Assembly (NCBI GenBank): GCA_036172245.1
Contig: JAYWIR010000022.1
Location: 2,294,001 to 2,358,000, forward strand
Source: Raillietiella orientalis
Lineage: Eukaryota
Reading direction: 5' to 3'
Length of the DNA: 64,000 bases
Part shown: in pieces, positions 44,201-57,900 of the stretch
Layout of the letters: the number at the start of each line of letters is the position of its first letter
Position numbering within the stretch: the stretch's first letter is position 1
Notes under the pieces: model-generated
Seen by the model: the letters and a program-made list of their open reading frames with translations, nothing else
Database searches by the model: none
Told to the model about the DNA's origin: nothing
Translations under genes and position numbers: made by a program

Positions 44201-44734
44201 AGTGCTTCTGTTGGTTCCTCGAGACAACCTCGGCGTCGCCGCGGCACGCACGCCTCCCGCGCGCGCGTGCGCAGCTTCGGTTCTACTCGAGCCCGCCTAT
44301 CAGATGGTCACGTGGGGTCGCATCCTTCCGAAGCGGGTCAAGAGCGGACGGTACCCGCGCGCTCGGAAGGGACCGCCGCCGCACGCAGCGCGATGCGCGT
44401 TCCAGCGGCGACGGAGCCGGGAAGACTTTGGTGCCGGGAAACCGGCGATCGCCCACGGAGGATCGACTCCCTGAGGGCAGGATCCGGGAACCGGCTGCCC
44501 AGCGATGGTGCCCGCGGCTTAATGGACTGACTCCTCTTGCTCCCGAAGTGTTCGATCAAGGTGACGTTTGCTTTCACTTTCTTCGGTCGTCACCGGGGAG
44601 GGAGGGGAGGTGGAAGGATGAGTCTCACCCACTGCCTCGGTGCCTCGGCCAAGAACTTCGGAAGCGAAAAAAAAAAAAGCCGACATCGGTGTGCGTGCGA
44701 CCGATGGCCATGGGTGAGAATTGGACGTTTATTT

Positions 44735-45305
44735 ATAAATAAAACGAACATTTGTAATCTCTGTAGTTGGACCCACGGTCCAACCACGTCCTTTTCATTT
44801 CTAGCCTGCCGTGTTAACCTACCGGTTAGCAGAGCGGTGAGGTCCACCACGGTAAAAGAGAGGAGGGACAAACAAAAGAAACAAAATAAAAAAAAAAAAA
44901 ACATTTGGGGAAGAAGGGGGGGAGGTGAGGGGAGGGATCAGTGTCTGCTGGGGGTGGTCCTCTGCATCCTTTTGGAGGATGCCGGCAGGTCTTGCTGGAT
45001 ATTGCTGTTCGGGTGGGGTCATCTCGTTGCCGTCCTCATGAATCGAACGGCAAAGTGGATGGCGCCCCTGTCGCCCGGTCCTCTTGCGTTCGCTCCAGTC
45101 AGCGACGCAAGAGGGGGCAGCAGAGAGCTGCTGGCGAGGCTGCCGGCCGAAGTGCGTCGCGTAGGAGGCGGGGTCGCAAAGTGTCCCTGGAGTTGCCGCC
45201 GGGAGTTCCTAGGGTCGCAGCAAGGCGTTCCCAGAGGGGCCGGAGGACAACAACACAATCCACAAGCAGGTGTGGGAGGGATTCGCACCCTCTCGCACCT
45301 GCCAG
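44735..45305 (-). mobile_element. 5'-truncated LINE copy with 3' module
   Basis: CESLPHLLVDCVVVLRPLWERLAATLGTPGGNSRD...IHFAVRFMRTATR, very similar to 585-900. Pseudoknot at 44838-44805 and hairpin at 44787-44763. Confidence 0.85.
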
Positions 45306-47631
45306 CCATGAGCAAGAAAATCCCTTCGTCAGAAACCGAGGACTTCCTGTGAACACCATCGCGCCTCCTATTTTGATATTATCTTTTGTTGCTTCGTTTT
45401 TTTCCAAGACAGTTATGAAACTGAAATCGCCAAGGCAGGGCAGGGGAGCAGCCGGCTGCCAACAAGTCAGGGAAGGCCGTCCCGACGATCGCGCGGCTAA
45501 AAACGCCTGCTGCAGCCGGAAAGCTCCCGAACTCGTCTGTATGAAAGCGGCATCTCCGTTCAGGCCAAACTTTCTGGGAGGAAGGGTAGTCGAAGGAGCC
45601 CTCAGCGTTACCAAGGGGACCCGAAAAAGTTCCTTGGGGTTTCCCCGTGTTTGTCTTTGGGGATTCCGCCTTCGATTCCTCCCGCGTCTGCGTGTCTTCG
45701 CGCGCTTCTGATGCCCGCAGGTTACCTCGCTCAGTATCCCACGTGCCAGAATGATCTTCCTAAAATCCCAAAGCGCGGCATCTTCACGTGGAGAGGCGGA
45801 GGGAGGTGATGGGGAAAAGCGTTGATCCTCTGCCGGTCTCTCGCGATGGGAAGGTGTCTTAAGCAGGATGGATGCAATCATAGATTCTCTCGGTGTCCAT
45901 CTGTGGCAAGGATACTCTGCAATGAAGAATCGCGCAAAATCGAGCACTTCGAAAGGAACGTTCTTGATAATCGGAACGCTCGCCATGAGACACTTTGGTG
46001 GGTGTCTTCCGCGTTCATCTCACCTCAGTCGAAGAGTCCGGGAAACTTCTTTATGGGGAAGCGATCTTGCCGAATAGGCGAAGCATTTCATGCCCCCATC
46101 GGAACCGCGAAGAGAAAGAGAGGGAGAATTTCTCGGAGACATCGTCGCGTATTCCATTTCATTGCTTCGCTCTTTTCCAGGACAGCTATGGAGTTGAAAT
46201 AACTAAAACATGGAGTAAAAGAGAAAATCATGGATTCCTCTTAGATCCGTTTCTATCGCTAAGAATTTAAAGTTTCGACAGAATATGAAAACATCATCTC
46301 GGCACTGATAACACAGTAGGTTAATATTAATATTACTATTAGATGTGTTGAGATGTGCAGAAAATGCTTATTCTTATCACGAATCCGTTGATGATTACCA
46401 CGCAAACTGCAGACTACGTCAAATAGAGCAGAGGGAGTGGGGGGAGTTTGTATCTCTAAGAAGCATATCTGACGTTTTTAAAGAGGTCAGGTTTCGACCC
46501 AGGTTTTTACTGGCATTTGCCTGTACCTCACTCCGAAAAAACAGCAACATCTTCAACAGGAGAGGTACAACACCGAAGAGATGAGGTGTTGGTTTCATTT
46601 GAATGATGTTCTCAAGTGCAAGCACGTCCTCTTGTTGGAGTTCCGTTCTGCATCTCCTGTGATACAGAGCGAGTTGCATCTGGAAGGTGGCTTTCCGCTT
46701 TGCATCTTGCAGATGTATTTCCTGAAAGGTGAAGGTGCCATCACCGTCTGAGTGACTTTCCTGCTGGCGGCTCGTGTGGATGCTGAGGGCACGCTGCGTC
46801 CACAAGCTGCTGCTTCCATCGCAGACTTCACTGTCAGTTTTTTATCATCGTTTCGTGTTTCTGATTTCTCGCAAGTCACGTCATGGCAGGTGTTTTTGGT
46901 TCCCATCGCAATCCCATATCTGAATCCGCGCAAACCGTCATTGCCATGAGACCTAGGATGCCACCGCATCTTTGTGAGACGACCATGACCTACAACGTTT
47001 ACCCATTCCCGTTCAACACCCCGATTTCATTCTTGGAACACAAAGTCTTTCGCACGGGGATTCTGATTTTTCATGCATACGTGGAGTATGTTTTTTTTTG
47101 TGCGTGTTTTTCCTTAGTTACCTCAGAATCTTGGAGGTCTCACACCTTTCTCGACGTCTTCCTTTTGTCGTTTGCCGACATAAATGGACCAAACGATTCG
47201 GGACGTTTCGTTTCTGTTTTTCAGCCGCTCGTGTTTTCATGAATCCGAGAAATCCGCGTCACCGGCTCAGGCAGGTTGATAACGAATGCTTAATACTTAA
47301 TTGCCATCGGTTGTTCTGCACACTCTCTGATGACATTCGACCGGAACCCCGAAGCTCCACAGCTGACATGGACCCGGACGTAAATTCGAAGTCTCAGACA
47401 TTCATCTTTTCGCACGCTTGGAGAGAACCGGAACGTAGGCAGTTAGACGTCGCATTCAGCTAAGCAGAGACATTTAACATTTTAAGAAGTGGCTTAAGGG
47501 CCATTTCAACATTCGACAGCTTGGAAGGTTCTTTTAGCAACACAACTCAATGACAATAAATAGCCACCCTTGCCAATGGGATGTGGGTCTGCAGAAAAAC
47601 CATTACTTAAGAAACAATAACCGTTACCTAT

Positions 47632-48910
47632 TTTAACGCATGTACAAACTCACCTTTGACGGGTGTCCGCGTGTGGTGCTTGAAGTGCTCCAGGGTTGAT
47701 GCACACTGAGAGATGCAAAGGTCTTTGCATCTCGCAGTTTCCTTTCTTACGATCAGAAGTCTGCACCGTTTCTGCCCAGCTGATGGCAGCAAAGTTGCAT
47801 CAGCAGCAGCGGAAACCCCAATGTCCCCGTGTCGAGACAGATATTTTGGATGTTCCACCGGTGCTGCTGATCAGCCAGTTTGTTCCCTGTGGGCACGCAG
47901 AGCAACTTTGGCAAGTCGGTTGGCTTGCAAAGAGCACTCGTTCGCCTTCCATGCGGGAACGGTGCACGGAGCAAACAGCCTGCGGGGTCTTGTTCCCTCG
48001 TGAAGGCTTGTCTTTAGCCAGGGATGCGTGTGTTCTTTCGCCTCTTCATCGGGGATGCATGAGTTTGCCTTCCAGCCACGTGGGGTCACCAACTCGCGGT
48101 TTCGCAGTTTGGGGCCCCTGCCTTCCGACCAGGAAGAAGTCGCGGAGGAGGCTTTGCTCCGCGACTTTTCGAACGCTTGCGCCATGTTGGTACCGTAGAG
48201 ATGAATCTTTGGAAAGGTAGCAACTGGGCAGTGCAAGCCGGGTGAGATGGCGTGCGAGTATGGATGGCATGTTGCATGGTGGTAAGTTCTTGGGAAAGCT
48301 GAGCTTGACGACGGGCAAGCGCTTGCCCGAGAGGGTGCCTTGCACCTGTTGTGGTGTCCCCATCTTTTGGGGCACACCGCGTTCGCCCAGGCAGGTTTCT
48401 TGAGTGTGCCTGCGTGTGTGTGGGCATCCATGCAAGAAGGGGATGGTGATGCTGAGGCGTGCATGGCAGGGGTTCCGGTGTTCGATGGCGCAAGTGGACC
48501 CCTTTCCCCGCAAGAGGGAAAAGCTGGCATTCTTGCGAAGATGGCCAGTAGAGGACGTCGAGGCTATTCTGACTGAAGTGAGACGCGTGCCTGTTTGTGG
48601 ATGCAATTGTGGTTGTGTGGTAAGCCGGTGGTGGGTGCATCTTGGAAAGGTGCTTCCCGGTGCGATTTGCAAGGATGAGCTAGCTGCCCAAGGTGTTGTT
48701 GAAGGTGTGAATTGTGTTGAGCGTGTCGGAATGAGAGGTGTTGGTATTTCCGAAGAAGAGAAGGGGCCAAACGTCTTGCGGTGAGTGCAGAGAGCCAAAG
48801 TCCACAAAATGGTGAGGTTTGGTTTCCAAGCAGCACTCGAGGTGTAGTTGCGATTTACGTGTTGAAGTAAAAATAGACAAGAGAACGAAACGAAATGCAG
48901 AAGACTAGAA
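47632..48910. repeat. ~1.3-kb duplicated segment, copy 2
   Basis: Near-identical to 19552-20830. It retains more CpG and a longer minus-strand ORF (48046..48807). Confidence 0.95.
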
Positions 48911-51900
48911 GAACTGGCAGCAGGTCGAGAAAGAAAGGGATCAGCAACCCAAGTTTCCCGAATATCTTGAACGCTTCCGAGATTATCAATTGGTCACCTT
49001 CGAGGATTCATTGAGCAAGTGCTTCATGAAGCAATTACTGGTACTTTTACAACGTTAGGATAGGCAGTTAACTGATGTGGAATGTTTCTGTTATTTCGGG
49101 GGACCTGCTGCGCCTGTAGCACATGCTCCGCTTCGCAGCCGATTGCCTTTACAACCGGATTGCTACCATAACGATTCAAAGGATGAAAGCTTCCCTAATA
49201 GATCGTCCCAATGGAATGTTTATTTATTTTTTTTTTCCACGATGCCATAATTTGGATAGTGTTCGCATCTGCACGAGGTCTTTGTGAAGTTTGCTTTGTC
49301 TTGGATCATTTATGGGCGTTCCGCCTTACGTGCGCGTACGGGAACATTCACCAGAACGGGTTGGTACGGAGCAACCGGGATGCTTCTAAGCGAAAAAAAA
49401 AAAAGTCCTTGGAAACTTCAACGATCGTGTGCATCTGCGATAAGCCGCGGCCCATGAATGTAGCATGAATCAATCCAAATGTGGAGGCGAAATTTAGGTT
49501 GAGGATCGACAGCCGAAAAAAAAAGCCTCCCCGGCGAACGTGCGTGCTTAAGTGATTGTGGGTGCTGTGCACTTGTTCCGGAACACCACTCTTTGCCTAA
49601 AGAAAAAAAAAAAGAGAGAAAGAAAGAAATCGTCAGACTCAAAGGAAACGCTCCGCTTGTGTTTCTGGTAAATTGCTCCTAGTTATCAAAAACAGTGCCC
49701 GATAAAATGAGACTTGGCAGCAGGAGTGAACTCAGACTGCACACACTCGCTTGAGGACCTTTTCCGAATGACTTGAGTCGTTTGAATGTCTCCGGATATC
49801 TTGAGTTTCTCATCTTGTGGGCGATGGGTGTTGCTTTGGAGGAGGGTGGGGGGCATTCGAGTGGATGCAATTGCAGCATAGTATTCCAAAGTAGGGTTAC
49901 TGAGGAATGAGAGAACAAGGGTCGAATCTTGAGAAGAGGAAAATGCTTTGCTTGCATTGGGTGGAACCGGAATGATTCCAAAGAATTCCCGTTTCGTTCC
50001 TTAGAATAATGCAAAGGGAAAGCCTCCGTGGGGTTTATAAATACTGATTCCTAATCTCAGAAGTCAAGCTGCTACCAAGAGTGCAGAAGTATGGGAGTGG
50101 GCCTGACCGCAGAAATATAAGTCTCCTTGGATACGTGAATGAGCTTCCCTTTTCGCATCTGCACAGCGTGTGCGCGAGCGCTTTTTTTCTTAAAAAATTC
50201 CCAATTCCTTTCCACGATGGCTTTCGCAGTCTTCTGTGCTGCTCAGTTACTTGTAGAAACGATTCGGTCATCATCTAAAACGAAATGCTTTTGCCAGGAA
50301 TTGTCAGAAGCCAAGTGAAGAGCAAACATTTGGAACGAACCTTTGCTTGCATCCAGGGATCGATGCAAAGTCGGTCAAAGGTTGTTTTAGGACGAAGCTG
50401 CTACCGTTTTCAGTTTCAGGTGCTTTCATCTGTGACAGAAGTTGCTCGAGGCTGCCAGCTCTTGCTGTATGGTCCATCCGTGTCAATAAAAACGCAATTC
50501 ATGGCCCAAAGCATTCCCCCCCCCCCCGCCAACAAAAAAAAAGGAAGAAAAAGAAAAGAAAAACAAAATGCGCTGTGCTTTCCTACCTGCCAACACTTTG
50601 ATCTGCATCTGGCATCCCGCATACGAGCAAGGGTTGTTTTCCATGTGCATTTGTTTAGCCCTTTAGCGATACCGCTCGATGACATTCGTCGGTCGGGAAA
50701 GCAACACGACGAGAGAGTCGCCGGGAAGCCGACCTGGTGTCCGTGACCACTGGCTCGGGAAATTTAATCGTGACCCGAAGCGTTTCCTTTTTGCACAAAC
50801 ATTCTTCGCGCTTGGGTACATCCTTGGAAGGAAGTAAAACAACAGCGTTATCCTTTTATCTTCACCCCTCACTTTTTCCGAACTCTCTGAGTCCTGCAAA
50901 TTATTACTTGGCTGCTTCATCCCGGTGCTGTCCGACCTATTCGGGAGCGCTTTTCGAAAACACCCGAGCAATGGGTTTCTACAGGCCGCATTTCTGCGTC
51001 CCACGAAATGTCCACTCTCTTCTTGCCCCATCGGAGTTTGTTTGGATGCAATTACGGTATGACTGCTCGGTTGAAATCGCATGGCTGGGCCTCCGGAAAG
51101 CTTCCAACGCGTCCACTGAAGACATACGTGGAGCCATAATGATGCCAAGGAACTGATCAGAAGCGGAAGCTTCTCGATCAGTCCACGCTTTAAACGGTAC
51201 AAAAAGGAAGAGAGCCAACGAACAGCCTACCAATACAAATAAAATGGCCAATGGAAAGAGTTGTGCCGCGCAAGCTATACTACAAAAAGGGCAATCAATA
51301 GTTTTCGCGTGGCCTGTGACTTCATTAGTGCCAGAAGCACTCAGCCAACTGCAGATAGGAAGATAAGGAGGATTGAACTACGGGAGGATGAAACATGACT
51401 TTACTATCGATTCGTGAACGCTCCACATGGCCCATGTGGAGAATACTCTTGGAGCTTTGCCGATTTTCACATGCATCCGTCTTCCGGACTCGCTTCCGGG
51501 ATCTGTTTCGCGCATCTCCCAGCATGCGAAATTGGAAATTCCATCTCCGGAACTTCTTGGGTGCATCTTTTGTACTTTTTTCCTTCCTTCCTTCCAGCGT
51601 TTCGCGTGCCGCATTTTACAGCTAATTTCGTCAGATCGGCCCGAGCAGGATCGCGCTCGGCGGAAGCGCTCCGATGCCGCGCGAGCGTCAGAAGAATTTC
51701 CACGGCAACCGCCTCCAAAGAGAGTTCTCGAACCGCTCACCCTAAAGGTGAGTCATAGTCAACGGGCAACGCTCACCACAAACTTGACTTTGGACTGGCG
51801 GAGGAATGTTCCGTAAGAACAAGCGATGCTTTATTTCCATAAAAATCGCGTGTGCCTTGAAGCTCACTTCAGGCGAACACTGTTCAGTCCTTAAGACACG

Positions 51901-54900
51901 TGTTTGTCTTCTTCCCCTAGTCCCAGGAGCAGCCTGGAACCCATCAGCATCGCCAAGTAACAACGCGGCGAAGCAGGAAAGCCGTCTAAATCATTTGATA
52001 AGCTCTCGGGTGGAAAATGACCTACATTCGAAAAGAATCCCCTGATCAAGGGAAATACATTACAAGTGACTATGTACGCGTTCCAAAGTAGTAGTAGTAG
52101 TAGTAATAGGAAACAGAAAATGGTGGCTTTCATTTTTTTTTTTTTTTTTTTTTGCACGGGCGACGTTCGATCTCTGATTGCGCTTATGGGTTATTTCCAT
52201 AAGAGCACTTTTCATGGTTTGTCCTATTTCAGGCCTTAAATTTCTCCCCATCTCTTCCATCAAGAGCGAATGAATACACCATTAGGGAGTCGCATCTCCC
52301 TCGCGACATCGCTGACCTACCACGTGAGTGAAGGGAACAACGTGCTTTATCCTCGTTTTTACTTTCCTTTGTGTTCCGGGCTGATTAAAAAAAAAAAAAA
52401 AAAAAGGAGGAAAGGAAATGGCAACACTTGCAACCGCCGTCCGTCTGGCGCGCAAGGGAACATTTGGTGCTCCTCCCGAGCTGCACGCGAGCGCCGCCTC
52501 GGACGCATCCCGGGAGAGAGGGCAAGGCGTGCGTGCTGGTTCAGGGCCTCCCGAGTCTCCCTCGGAAAATGGGGCGCTTGTTTGTCCTCCTCCGCCACGC
52601 GTTCGATTCGAGCGGGAACGCACGGCGCTTCCGCAATTTAAAATGGGGTGCGCGCTCGCATTTTATTTTTGATTTTTATTTCCTCCCTTCCCGAAATAGA
52701 TGCGGGCACTGCGGACCGAAATCAGCCCCATTTGGGGAGCATTCCTCGCGCCGGGGCGCCACGGAAGCCGAGGAGGTGTCTTGCGCGGCCGCGTGCGTGC
52801 AAGGCGACGACGCCAAGCGCCCAGCGTGGTTTCGCTAGCTGTTGTTGTTTCTTTTTTTTTTTTTTTTGGCGTGGGTGGGGTGGGGTGGGGGGTTGTTTTC
52901 CTTTCCTCTCTCTCTCTCTCTCTCTCTCTCCCTCTCTGTCTTTCCAGATTGCTGCCAAACAACAACAACGGTCAACCGACTCGCAAGCGCGGCTGCTGCT
53001 GCTGCCAGGCGGACTCGCCGCCGCGAAAATTCCATTCGCTCGTAGCCGCGCGCGGACTTGCGAGCGAGCGAGGGAGGGAGGGGGAGGGGGGAGAAAGAAG
53101 AAGAAGAAGAGAAAAAAAATTGATTTCCTGGAAGCGTCAGCAAACGGATACCTGCCTGAAAGGGGAAAACGCATGCACGCTGAGAAGAGGCTGCCAGTAG
53201 CACGGATTGCAGCGAGAGTGGGAAGACGGGGGAAAGCGACGCGCTTCCCGCGGGCTTCCCCCGAAGCCTTCCTGCCAAGCCGCGGCGCCTGCATCTGGCA
53301 AACAACACGCGCGCGCACGCACACACGGGGGGGGGGGGAACGAGGAGAGAAAAAAAAAAAGAGAGAGAGAGAGGGAGGGAGGGAGAAGAAAAGAAACTAC
53401 GCCAAGCGTCTATTCCCTGAAGGACAGGGAGGAAGGCCTTTGCAGCGCTCGCTTTCGGTTTACTACGAGCGAAAGTTCAGTGACCGATCCGTATCTTCGA
53501 TTTTTCACACGTCCTCCGGATTTCGTGCGAGCGTTCCTCCTGCAGCGTGCCAGGACAAAAAAGAAAACGGGCAGAGGAAGAAGAGCGTCGCGCGAGGCGT
53601 CTTTCGGAATGGAAAGCGGGGCTGCTGCGAACCGCTCGGTCACGCCGAACGCGCCACGTTTGCATGTGTTTCTTTTTTTTTTTTTTTTTTTTGGCTTTTT
53701 CCTTGCGTTTATTCTCTTCGTCCGAAGCTCCTCGCAAACGGCCATTGCGTAGGGTCGCGTGCTCCGCGTCTGTCGCCTGGAAACGCGCAGGGCTGCTGCT
53801 TCTCCCTCCTCCTCCCCCCTCCCCCCATACTCGCGTGCGACGGCCGCACATCTCGCCGGGCAGAGGGGGACACTCCCCCTCCCCCATGGGTGAGGTGGGA
53901 GGATTCACCTGGAGAAATGCAGAGGGAACGACCTCAGGGGAGGTTGCACCGGGCCTTGGTTGGTTGGAGTGCCGTCGACAGGGGAGAGGCGGCGGTTGCC
54001 AGAGAGAGGGGCGTCTTGCCAGCGGCAGGGCGACTCCGCGGCGACGCCGACGCCGGTATGCATCCTCGGCACGTCACGCGGGACGCGACGCCCCCGAGCT
54101 CGAAGAGGGCGAGGTCGCCGGGGGAGCAGAGGCTGCGGGGACACCGTCGCACGCGGAGCTCTCTCGCTCGGGAGCCGCAGATCCCCCGGCGTGGTGTGGT
54201 GTTGGGAGGCACAGCAGACTGGGGGGGGGGGGGGAGAGCGAGGCACGCAGGCCACCCCCTCGGCAGTGCACCCCCGCGATCCGGGGAGCTGCCCCCCGGT
54301 CCGGAAAGGGGCTACCGAGAACAGATGGGGAGGTGCGGGGAGCCCGGAGGCGAGGTGACCGCCGTCCAGGGGGCAGCATCCGGACCGGGGAAGGGGGTGA
54401 GCATCAACCCCTGAAGCAGTGCGGGGACGTGCGAGGGCTGCAGCCCGCCGCGGCCTCTGTTACCATCCCAAGGGGAGGGAAAGGGGAAGGGAGCGGGAAT
54501 TCAACCTCCCGGCTCACCTGCGGAAGACCCGAGAGCAATTTTCTCCAGGCGGTTTCGCCCGTGCCCGGAGGGCATCCGAAGGCGCAACCAGGAGGGGGAG
54601 GGGCAGACGGAGACCTCGGAGGCGCCGAGAGGACCCTCCTTGCCCGTTGCGACCGGGTGCCAGGAGGGGGACACCCGGGCGGTCTCATTCGCGCGCCTCC
54701 GGTCCGCGGCCGTTTCCGGCTTGCGGGCGGGACGGATCCCTGGGGACCCTGCGAAGGCCGAGGAGGGAGAGAGGACCCTAGGTGGCACGTCAAGGGGGAA
54801 CAAACGGGTCCCTGCTGTTGCCCGAGGGCAAACTGTCTCGCCGCAGGAAAAGCCGGACTTCCCGTCCAGCTTCCCAGAAGGGGGTCGGGGGTAGGTCACG

Positions 54901-57900
54901 TGCGGCCAGAGCCGCGCTCTGGTCCTCCCGTTGGTCTGCTAGCACTCGCGGCTTTCCGAATGTTCCACCGTGTCATCGAGGCCCGGGGGAGGGGAGGGTT
55001 GGCGCTTGGCCCCCGGCCGGGACATAACAGCTCCTACGAGGGTGACGTATTCTCTTCCCTCCTCCCTCCCTCTGCAGGATTCCGAGGCGGGATGCCTTTG
55101 GGGTAGAAAGGGGGTGAGGGTGGAACGGACCGCTGTGGTGCCCCAGGGCCAGCATGAAAACGGAAAGGGCGGGAGTGGGTGGGGCGTCCTCTCCTGCCCC
55201 GCCTCCCCCAGCTGGGGGCCACCCTTCATCCCCGCGCACAACGGGCTACGGCGGGGCCAAACGCCTCCGGCATCCCGGCAGCAGCCGCCACCGCTGCCGC
55301 TCGCGCAGCGGGTGGGCCCGATAGAAGGGTGGGCCTCCCCTCCCTTTCGACTAGAAGGGCACGCCCTCGCTCCTCCGGTGGGGGGTCCGGAGCACCCCTA
55401 GGGCCGGACGAGGCTCGTCGCTCCCGGCCGACCCGGGACTCCTGGCGGGCCGTTCCTGGGGGACACATGGGCTCGCGGTCCTCCCCGTTTGCCCCGGGAT
55501 GCTCCGGAACCGTGTTCTCCGGAGCACCCCAAGGGGCGCCTTGTCCTTTGTGCGGGGGAGGCTGCGGCAGCGCGGGTTGCGACTCTGCGCCACCGTCGCG
55601 CCACCCAGGGTCTCGCCGAGGCCGGCGGCGGGTGGCGAGGGGTGCGCTCCTCCCTCGGGTTACGCCGCCGCTTGGGGATGCGCGAAACGGGAGAGGCTGC
55701 GCGATGGACCGAAAAGACCTCCGCTGGGGGCGCCGTCATCCGCCTGGGGATAACCGTCGCCTTAACCCGCAGACGGAGCCCGTCGGGAGCAGATGTGGGA
55801 GGGCGGCCAGGAAACCACGCTGTCTATGGAGGTTTCTCCCGGAGAAACCGACGATCCCTTGCGGCTCCTGGCGCTCATCCCGGGAGGCCATGCCTCCGAG
55901 CATTTTCTCCACCCTCGGAAGCGGGATCAGTCGAAGGAGGAGGGCTGCCCCCCCCCCCCATTTCTCCGAGCCACCGCAGTGGCTGCGCCCGCGTGCGGCC
56001 AAGGAGCCGCGGAGGAAGTGGGGTTCCAAGAGGCTTCGCTGTCCCTTCGTCCACGGAGCACTGATGCGACTCGCAGGAAACTTCCGTGTTTTCTCTTTCT
56101 TTCTTTTCTTTTCTTGCTTCTTGCTCCTGTCGCGCCGTCTCCCTGGCGACGCGAGCCTGAGAGAGGGGGAGACGGGATTTTTTTCCCCAGATCCTCAGCT
56201 TTCTGGTCGCCCCGCCTCAGCAGCCCGCCTCCAAAAGAAACCGCCAGTGCAGAGCGCCCGGGCCTGCCGCAGCCGCGGAGGCGAGCGCTGGATCGCCACA
56301 GTAACGCGGAACTCGGGATCCTGGGATGCCGGAACCGTGGAGCGCCGCCGGCGGTAAGCCGGGGGCCGCGGAGAAGGTCGCTGCGCGCGCGCGCGCGACC
56401 TTGTCCACGGGCAGCTCCTCGGGTGCGCCTGTGCAGAAGGCCCGGGAGCGACAGTTGCCACTGGAAGGGAGGGACTCTCACGGAGGGGGATCTGGAGGGG
56501 TGCATCGACCTCCGGAGCGTCCGTTCCAGATCACCCAGTCTCGCACGAAGGGCTTCGCTCCCGCCTCAAAGCGACGGCCCCTTCAGCTCAGCTCCGGGTC
56601 CCCCGAGGGGCGGCCTCCGGGACGCAACTGCCCGCCTCCCTCTTGGTTTTTCCCGAGCCAACCGAAATCCGCGCTTCTCCTCCTCCACTGCTCCCTCGAG
56701 GGGCTCGGAGCCTTCCCAGGGAACGACACCCGGTTTCAGGTTTCGTTCCTTCCGCATGCGCCCACCGCCGGTGTGCGTTCCAGAGTCCCCCCCCCTCTCA
56801 CTCTGCCCCGATCGACGCGCGCGCTCCTGCCGGCCGGGGAACCGCCATGCGGCTGCCCAACTCGTTGGCATGCCGCTCACTTCGAGAGATTCCCGCCCGG
56901 GTCACGCGCGGAGCTCCCACGCGCAGAGCGGAGGTCGCCCCGAGCGAAGTCGGGCGTCATCGTTGGGTCTCTTCCCCACAGCATCGCCGCCCGCTACCTG
57001 CTTCGCCGTTTCGTGGACCCGCACGCGGTGCCCCACCCCTCCTCCCGCGCAGAGCGTACGCTCGCACGTATGTGGCGACGCAGGAAGTGAGCGAATAACG
57101 CCTCTGATGGATCCGAGCTTCCTCCCTTCTTCCGGAAGCGGGGCCGGGCCGGGGCTATGGGGCGATGGCCTGCGGGTTTCAGAGGGCTTTCGACATGCCC
57201 TCCGGCGCCCCCAGAGTTCACTCATTCTCAAAATCGACGGAGGAAGAAAGATGGAAAGAGGGAGGAGGAGGAGGGAGGAAAAAGGGAAGGAGAGGAGGAG
57301 GAAGCAGCAGCTGTAGGATCCCCGGAATCGTCTTCTTCGCTTTGATGAAATGGTGAACCATCTACAAATTTGTCCTTCTGCACCCTCAGAAGAAACAGCA
57401 GCAGTCTGTTCGCTCCAGGATGGTCGCTGGCATGGAATTTCGTTGCCATGCCGCTTGCGGCACTCAAACATGCCAGCATTTTTTTCGCGCGCGACGGGTT
57501 TCGTCCCCGCGTCAAAGAGACGAGTTCCCCGCAGGCTCCCGTCGGTCTCTTCAGCGCAACCCTTCCTTCCTTTTCCGAGGGACAAGATCCTTTTTCCGAC
57601 TTGGGTGTTCCTCAAGTCCTAGAATGAGTCGGAAACCTCTTTTGGAAGACGATGGCTCCCGTCTTCCAGAGGGAACCTCCGATCGTTAGCGCCTACCGAT
57701 GCGGCTTCCGGGCGCCGTTCGGCGACCTCGCAAGCGACCCGGGAGCTTCCGCGGCGACCGCCGTTTCCCGTTTGCCTTGCGACACGCGGCGCGTGGAGGT
57801 GCACCAGGGGAACTGTACATCGCGACGGGGGACACTCGCGCGGGTGAGGCTCGGGAAGCCTGAGGAGCTGCGCAGGACGTCTCTCCCGAACCCTCCTGGA

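Noticed and set aside
46419..46805. Histone-fold-like phrase HRRCRTELQQEDVLAL
   Set aside because: Resemblance is limited to a few residues; the rest of a histone fold is absent.
49680..51400. Possible ancient Jockey/CR1-like RT remnant on the minus strand (QFLGIIMAPRMS)
   Set aside because: A single weak motif with no YADD or ordered motif series that I can verify.
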